The notes beneath the pieces were generated by a model. The model was not told where the DNA came from and did no database searches. It saw nothing but the letters and a program-made list of their open reading frames with translations. A stretch of 53,279 nucleotides of DNA, taken from positions 1-53,279 of IMG/VR virus record IMGVR_UViG_3300012953_000042, one strand, 5' to 3'. Made by a program: the position numbers and the translations under genes. This document shows, piece after piece, positions 48,778 to 53,279 of the stretch. Within the stretch, counting starts at the first letter, position 1. Each line of letters opens with the position of its first letter. The DNA comes from a virus. Its lineage: Duplodnaviria > Caudoviricetes.

Positions 48778-49053
48778 TTATAACTCTCTACCATATTGAT
48801 CAAGTAGATTGAGTTTTTTTATCTGACCCAAGTTAGATTTATTATTTTTTTTAAGTTTTTTATATTGTTTCATAATCTTATCTATTTCACGTTCACTTAC
48901 ATTAACTTTTAATTCTTTATCATCATCCTTTTTCACAAAACCAAGACCAGATTTTTTAACCTGATCCTTGTAATCAATATATTCGTTTATACCTTCTTGT
49001 ATTTCATCACGAATAAGTTGATTGATTTGATTTCTTAATTCATTATCATTCAT
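48778..49053 (-). CDS. Conserved hypothetical protein
   Basis: 91 aa, ATGA-coupled to the upstream gene. Confidence 0.75.
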   Translation of the reverse strand: MNDNELRNQINQLIRDEIQEGINEYIDYKDQVKKSGLGFVKKDDDKELKVNVSEREIDKIMKQYKKLKKNNKSNLGQIKKLNLLDQYGREL

Positions 49054-49340
49054 TCTTTCTTCTTCCTTTTTTTCTTGGGTTTTTCTGATTCATTATATGA
49101 AGAATCAAATGATCTAGGAGTAACTATTCCTTTAGTCCAAGCAATACCTTGAACATTCTTATACTTGTCATAGTAATAATTGAAAATTTCAACAGCACTA
49201 GCTGCCCTTGTAATATCATACTTGATTTCTTCATCAACTTTATAAGTTATTAAGAAAGAATCTAATGGCAATTTCTTATCATCAGACTTATTCTTTTCAC
49301 ATTGTTCATGTAGTATTTTCAAACTATCCACCTCTACCAC
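49050..49340 (-). CDS. Conserved hypothetical protein
   Basis: 96 aa, basic C-terminal tail; exact start uncertain. Confidence 0.7.
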   Translation of the reverse strand: MVEVDSLKILHEQCEKNKSDDKKLPLDSFLITYKVDEEIKYDITRAASAVEIFNYYYDKYKNVQGIAWTKGIVTPRSFDSSYNESEKPKKKRKKKE

Positions 49341-49920
49341 CCCATCTTATAGTTGGATAAGCTTCTTTAACTTGATCTAAAGTAATTTTATATTTTGATT
49401 GTAGATTCTTATCCTTAACCAAACATAAGATCTCAGCCTCTAATGGATGAAGACCTTCAAGAGTCTGGATAAACATAGTCTCTCTGCGAAGACCATTCAG
49501 TTTATCGTTACCACCCTTAATAAAATTAAAGAACTTTGTGTATTCCTTACGAATAGTAGTACGATCTCTATTCATATCCATAGCATTACCCATAGACATA
49601 GTATTATTAAATGCCATAGTAGTAGTCTGCTGACTAATTCTAGTACTCAAACTTCCATTAGTGTTCTGTTCGTCTTTCATACTAGAGTATGGAACTTCAC
49701 CAGCTGGCAACATACTTACCACACTGTCATCATAATTCCAAATAAACAATGTCCTTATAGAAGGATCATCATATTTTTTAAGAACTTCAATCTTTTTTGC
49801 CTTTGCTCTTTGTCTTGATGCAAGATCAAGAACCTCAAAAGCAAATGGATTTGGAGCAAGTTCTGGAATAGGTTTCGGTTCTCGTTTAACCGTCGTCTTC
49901 TTCATCTTCGTTGGTGTCAT
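49324..49920 (-). CDS. Conserved T4-like hypothetical protein (DUF6433-like)
   Basis: KKIEVLKKY, LPAGEVPY, RRETMFIQTLEGLHPLEAEIL..VKDK.L. Confidence 0.75.
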   Translation of the reverse strand: MTPTKMKKTTVKREPKPIPELAPNPFAFEVLDLASRQRAKAKKIEVLKKYDDPSIRTLFIWNYDDSVVSMLPAGEVPYSSMKDEQNTNGSLSTRISQQTTTMAFNNTMSMGNAMDMNRDRTTIRKEYTKFFNFIKGGNDKLNGLRRETMFIQTLEGLHPLEAEILCLVKDKNLQSKYKITLDQVKEAYPTIRWGGRGG

Positions 49921-50119
49921 TTTTTTCAAACCTCACGGCTACAATTTCATCTGGAATTAAATTCCCATTTTCATCATACATTTCAGGATGAGTGTACACA
50001 TTCTGTGGTGTAGTTTCATAAGAATGCTCTCTTGCAAGCCATCCTATCATACCTCCTACTAAAAGTGCAAGTAGAGACACTACTGTTGTAAGTGTCAATG
50101 TTACTATGGTCATTTCCAT
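49886..50119 (-). CDS. Small membrane protein
   Basis: N-terminal TM helix, HPEMYDENGNLIPDE motif, GGAGGAG RBS. Confidence 0.75.
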   Translation of the reverse strand: MEMTIVTLTLTTVVSLLALLVGGMIGWLAREHSYETTPQNVYTHPEMYDENGNLIPDEIVAVRFEKNDTNEDEEDDG

Positions 50120-50343
50120 AATGCTCCTCCACTGGATGTTTTCTTTTTAGTGATACGTAAAGAAAACTCAAAAGTAAAGTTTATTTCTTTCTTGAAAAAA
50201 GAAAATATTCTTTCAAACCTAATACCTACAGGTTTGACCTTTTGAGTTTTGGGTGGTCTTCCTCCTGCAAGTATTAATTCTACTCCTCTATTTATAGGTA
50301 TATCAGAGGATTGCTTTTTCTTGGAGATACTTGATTGACTCAC
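50110..50343 (-). CDS. Hypothetical protein
   Basis: 77 aa, basic; INRGVELIL motif. Confidence 0.6.
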   Translation of the reverse strand: MSQSSISKKKQSSDIPINRGVELILAGGRPPKTQKVKPVGIRFERIFSFFKKEINFTFEFSLRITKKKTSSGGALWK

Positions 50344-50554
50344 TACATCCTCCTATTTTTTTTCCATTTAATATAATTTGAGGAAACGTAGTTCCTTCTC
50401 CAAACTCACCATAGAAACTAGGTCTATTAAAGTCCTTACCTAAAGTGTAGGTTACATGATTGAGTTGTGATAATTCTAGCACTTCTATGATCTTTTCGCA
50501 ATAGGGGCAACCTGGTTTTGAGTAGACAGTAAAATTTAATTTGTCACTTGTCAT
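50303..50554 (-). CDS. nrdC: Glutaredoxin
   Basis: Likely start 50554; VYSKPGCPYC, TFPQI, IGGC. Confidence 0.92.
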   Translation of the reverse strand: MTSDKLNFTVYSKPGCPYCEKIIEVLELSQLNHVTYTLGKDFNRPSFYGEFGEGTTFPQIILNGKKIGGCSESIKYLQEKAIL

Positions 50555-50580
50555 CGTTGATACCTTTTGTAAAATACTAT

Positions 50581-50862
50581 TTAACCTTTCCATATCATGT
50601 CAGGCATCTGTGCTTGTGGTGTTCTCATCATGAATGCAACAATAAAATATCCTAAGAACCATATTATGTTAACATTCCATGCCCATCGATACATAAATTT
50701 CCTTACCATCGTAGAGATAGTCACTCTTGTCATGTCACCGTAGTCTGTTTCTTCACCTATACGTCTGAAGAACTGTTCAATAATCACAGCAACGATTGTT
50801 GCTATCACCAATGGATAGAACAAAAAATTTGCTAATGACATTATGGATAATAAGAAAGTCAT
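50581..50862 (-). CDS. Membrane protein (two TM helices)
   Basis: 93 aa, AGGAG RBS. Confidence 0.75.
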   Translation of the reverse strand: MTFLLSIMSLANFLFYPLVIATIVAVIIEQFFRRIGEETDYGDMTRVTISTMVRKFMYRWAWNVNIIWFLGYFIVAFMMRTPQAQMPDMIWKG

Positions 50863-50930
50863 TTTTTAAATACTCCTAGTTTAGATAGTAACCATAGTGT
50901 AACTATTGTCCACCCTATAACATACCACAT
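50859..50930 (-). CDS. 23-aa membrane microprotein
   Basis: MWYVIGWTIVTLWLLSKLGVFKK*; fills the intergenic gap, ATGA overlap with the next gene. Confidence 0.6.
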   Translation of the reverse strand: MWYVIGWTIVTLWLLSKLGVFKK

Positions 50931-50932
50931 AA

Positions 50933-51187
50933 TTAATCTAATGAATCTAAATTGCCATGCTTAATTGGTTTATGATCTTTCATACCATCATGATTTCCAT
51001 CGTGAGGAAGTTTACCAAAAGCAAGATATTCAACAGCTTGAATAGATCCTTCTAATCTTTCAAGTTGTTTGTCTAATTCTATCCATTTATCATATGCAGG
51101 TCTTAATTCCTGCTGCTCTGTTTCTAATTGATTTACTCTCTTACTAAATCGTCGAAGTAACTGTTCATAATTTTCAGTTTTCTTCAT
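50933..51187 (-). CDS. Coiled-coil hypothetical protein
   Basis: Likely start 51187 (MKKTENYEQ) with GGAGG RBS. Confidence 0.7.
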   Translation of the reverse strand: MKKTENYEQLLRRFSKRVNQLETEQQELRPAYDKWIELDKQLERLEGSIQAVEYLAFGKLPHDGNHDGMKDHKPIKHGNLDSLD

Positions 51188-51344
51188 AAAGTTTTTTCCT
51201 CCGAATAATAATTTGGTCATTAGCATGGTCAGGGACAAACTCTAGAACCTCATCGGGTTCCCACATAAGTTCCTCATATAAAGCATTGAGTCGATCCATA
51301 TCTTCCCAAAGATTATTAATATGTACGCTATCATCGTCAGACAT
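51174..51344 (-). CDS. 56-aa acidic hypothetical protein (AbrB-like pattern)
   Basis: MSDDDSVHINNLWEDMDRLNALYEELMWEPDEVLEFVPDHANDQIIIRRKKLYEEN*; promoter upstream. Confidence 0.7.
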   Translation of the reverse strand: MSDDDSVHINNLWEDMDRLNALYEELMWEPDEVLEFVPDHANDQIIIRRKKLYEEN

Positions 51345-51367
51345 AAAAAACTATTTGATAATGTTTT

Positions 51368-51396
51368 ATTATACGTTATTTATTATTCTAAGTCAA
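51368..51396 (-). promoter_or_regulatory. Sigma70-type promoter with a late core in the spacer
   Basis: TTGACT-17 nt-TATAAT; ATAAATA at 51377-51383. Confidence 0.8.
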
Positions 51397-51556
51397 TCTT
51401 GTCTGGACATAATAACGCACCTGCAAGTTCTCTTGCTTGTAAATTATGTTTGCACAACTTATTCATCCAGATTCTTTCATCTAAACTGACGGTATCTTCT
51501 GATATCATACGACAACATATGTCAGTAAGTTCTAATCGGTATTTTGTGCTTAACAT
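51383..51556 (-). CDS. 57-aa hypothetical protein
   Basis: MLSTKYRLELTDICCRMISEDTVSLDERIWMNKLCKHNLQARELAGALLCPDKIDLE*. Confidence 0.7.
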   Translation of the reverse strand: MLSTKYRLELTDICCRMISEDTVSLDERIWMNKLCKHNLQARELAGALLCPDKIDLE

Positions 51557-51571
51557 AATTGATTCTAAGTT

Positions 51572-51817
51572 TCATTTTTCATAATTATCTTGTTTTTTAA
51601 AAAATTCACTCATAGATGATTGCAATTGACCTTCATTTTCTTTTGGGTCAAGTTTATTATATCCTTTTATTTTTTTCCAATTACTATACAATGCACCAAG
51701 ATGCCACGACTGAGATAAACTCTTGGGCCCATTCTCTAGCAACTCAAGTTCCATATGGTTACTTGTGTATGCTTTGTATTCTTCTCTCCAGTTGGAGTCA
51801 TCATAAGGTTTATTCAT
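51572..51817 (-). CDS. Conserved hypothetical protein
   Basis: Likely start 51817 MNKPYDDSNWREEY...LENGPKSLSQSW. Confidence 0.75.
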   Translation of the reverse strand: MNKPYDDSNWREEYKAYTSNHMELELLENGPKSLSQSWHLGALYSNWKKIKGYNKLDPKENEGQLQSSMSEFFKKQDNYEK

Positions 51818-52328
51818 AGGTGAAAGTTTTCCCTTTAATTTTGGTGTCATTTTCGCCAGTTCTACCTGGTTTCATTTTTCCTGCAGTAAATCTTTTAACA
51901 GTTTTACCTGCAGATTTACCAAGTCCACCCTTTCGGGTTGCTGATACTGTACCAGTTTTTTTAGTTTGTGTCAACACTGCGTCCTGACCATACTTCTTAC
52001 CAAGTGCCTTTACTGCTTTCTTAAACTTTCTCTTACCTTTTTTACCAGAGGTGACTACATGACTACGCTCTTTAACCTTTGTGGTTTTACCAGTCTTGTC
52101 ATCTTTCTCATCCCATCTTCCAGTTACCTTAGTAGCACCAGGAAGACCTTTACCACGAATGTCTTTATCTAATTGCTTAGCTCGTGCCTTATTCTCTTTC
52201 TTTGATTTGTCACCTCTAGATCCTGAAAGGATAGCAACTCCTCCCTTATCAGTCTTACTTTTAATTCTGCTTAGACTACTCTCCTGAACTTGAGAACATT
52301 CTAGCATAAAATCTGAATATGTCTTCAT
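51810..52328 (-). CDS. Basic protein with a capsid-targeting-like N-terminus (candidate internal head protein)
   Basis: MKTYSDFMLE resembles the T4 IP targeting peptide MKTYQEFIAE; Lys-rich; late promoter ATAAATA at 52351-52357. Confidence 0.6.
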   Translation of the reverse strand: MKTYSDFMLECSQVQESSLSRIKSKTDKGGVAILSGSRGDKSKKENKARAKQLDKDIRGKGLPGATKVTGRWDEKDDKTGKTTKVKERSHVVTSGKKGKRKFKKAVKALGKKYGQDAVLTQTKKTGTVSATRKGGLGKSAGKTVKRFTAGKMKPGRTGENDTKIKGKTFTYE

Positions 52329-52349
52329 CGGATGTGACAGTTTCTTAAG

Positions 52350-52511
52350 TTATTTATCTTCTTCAGTTATATCTAAATCAAATTCATCTAAAAGGTGCTC
52401 ATAATTTTTAAATGAAATACCTTTCTTTCCTAAAAGAATCATTTTTGATAAAGTCATTTCTTCACTGTAAAAAATAACTGGTTGTTGTTGTAGTCCTGAA
52501 TCTCCACTCAT
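52350..52511 (-). CDS. 53-aa hypothetical protein
   Basis: MSGDSGLQQQPVIFYSEEMTLSKMILLGKKG...TEEDK*. Confidence 0.6.
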   Translation of the reverse strand: MSGDSGLQQQPVIFYSEEMTLSKMILLGKKGISFKNYEHLLDEFDLDITEEDK

Positions 52512-52565
52512 ATTTTTTTTGATATTTTATAAATTATTTACGCATTTAAGGTTTGCTTAATAGTT

Positions 52566-52913
52566 TTAGCAATCATGCTCATTATTTTTTCTTAAGTATA
52601 ACACAATCTTTTCTAAAGTGTCAATACCATTATTTTTGATAACAGAAGAACATCTCACACAAATATCACCCAACAATTTGACATTAGTTGCTCCACAAAT
52701 ATCACAAGTACCTAATCTATATTTTTTTTTACTTCTTTTCTTTACTCTTTCTGTAGCACATTGCTTACACTCATAAGAGTATGAAGAAAGAAGAGAAGGA
52801 TCTTTCCTGCATCTGTAGAAATCAGCAAGTAATCCTTTCTCTATCCCACAAGTCCTACATATCCGATCAACCATAATGAGATGTTCAGTCTGTAGTTGGT
52901 TTTCAAAATCCAC
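52566..52913 (-). CDS. Zn-binding endonuclease VII-like protein, probably a degenerate homing endonuclease
   Basis: Four CxxC pairs (CRTC, CKQC, CDIC, CVRC); lacks the DHxH...RG catalytic segment. Confidence 0.6.
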   Translation of the reverse strand: MDFENQLQTEHLIMVDRICRTCGIEKGLLADFYRCRKDPSLLSSYSYECKQCATERVKKRSKKKYRLGTCDICGATNVKLLGDICVRCSSVIKNNGIDTLEKIVLYLRKNNEHDC

Positions 52914-53077
52914 TAATCTTCTATAATTTCGTTATCTCTATCTATCTGTTCTGCTAATTTTTGCTTTGCTGCAATCACAGCTGCCAATTTTTGCTCAAGT
53001 TTATCAGAAATACGAGTATACATTTTCATTTGAAACTCTCTATACTCTTTGAATGTCTTCTTTATTTTACAAAACAT
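52913..53077 (-). CDS. 54-aa coiled-coil protein
   Basis: MFCKIKKTFKEYREFQMKMYTRISDKLEQKLAAVIAAKQKLAEQIDRDNEIIED*; TAGTG overlap; CTAAATA at 53100-53106. Confidence 0.7.
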   Translation of the reverse strand: MFCKIKKTFKEYREFQMKMYTRISDKLEQKLAAVIAAKQKLAEQIDRDNEIIED

Positions 53078-53109
53078 TTTAGTTAACACAACTTAATATT
53101 ATTTAGCAT

Positions 53110-53134
53110 AAAAAAAAGACCTCCGAAGAGGTCT
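53110..53134 (-). terminator. Intrinsic terminator downstream of psbD
   Basis: AGACCTC-TTCG-GAGGTCT followed by a T-tract. Confidence 0.9.
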
Positions 53135-53174
53135 GTAAGTTCCGAGTGTAGAGACGCACGAAAGGTCTCAACTC
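53110..53174 (-). ncRNA. Candidate small RNA of about 60 nt, or structured psbD 3' UTR
   Basis: Follows TATAAATA (53175-53182); hairpin GAGT-T-GAGAC-CTTTCGTGC-GTCTC-TAC-ACTC, then the terminator; no ORF. Confidence 0.4.
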
Positions 53175-53177
53175 TAT

Positions 53178-53279
53178 TTATAGTGCATTACCACGAGGCA
53201 ATACTTCCTCTGGGAACACGAAGTTCTCATGTGGTTGGTCAACAGATGACATCCATGCTCTCATACCTTCATTAAGAAG
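53178..53279 (-). CDS. psbD: Photosystem II D2 protein, C-terminal fragment
   Basis: [33 protein letters not shown]. Confidence 0.97.
   Translation of the reverse strand, partial: LLNEGMRAWMSSVDQPHENFVFPEEVLPRGNAL

Noticed and set aside
52545-52562. TTAA pair 11 bp apart (ATTAAGCAAACCTTAAAT on the minus strand) as a Pho box or RpaB site; weaker case at 53082-53097
   Set aside because: Poor match in very AT-rich DNA, and no convincing linked promoter
1-53279. tRNA genes, integrases, transposases, defence systems
   Set aside because: None recognised by eye; intergenic gaps are short and mostly explained. tRNAscan-SE would confirm the absence of tRNAs

Overview
AT-rich segment of a marine T4-like cyanomyovirus (Kyanoviridae-type), with a Prochlorococcus-like host suggested by base composition and the psbD C-terminus. 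About 1-28.7 kb is a fibre/large virion-protein cluster: a repeat-rich fibre running off the left edge, a gp37-like fibre, a PA14 protein, an LRR protein, a virion protein with a nested subtilase, its paralogue, and a 2381-aa beta-helix protein. About 29-43.5 kb is the baseplate/tail module (gp5, cp12, gp27-like, two tape-measure-like genes, gp51, gp26, gp54, gp4, gp2, gp48, gp53). About 43.5-48 kb holds gp32, DUF1825, gp59, gp33, an exonuclease, phoH and thyX. Next come a nitrogen-sensing cassette, small hypotheticals, glutaredoxin, a degenerate EndoVII-like gene and the 3' end of psbD. Most notable: (i) a tandem glutamine (glnA-type) riboswitch whose second aptamer has a whole 58-codon ORF inserted in its P2 loop, behind an NtcA box and ahead of a DUF4278/GifB-like gene; (ii) a T-TTT-TTC -1 slippery site that would fuse gp26 to gp51 just upstream of the tape-measure-like genes; (iii) an S8 protease interdigitated with a virion protein; (iv) a 70-bp A-tract/hairpin element repeated 21.7 kb apart; (v) a candidate late sRNA after psbD. 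All family calls are by motif recognition from memory; no searches were run.
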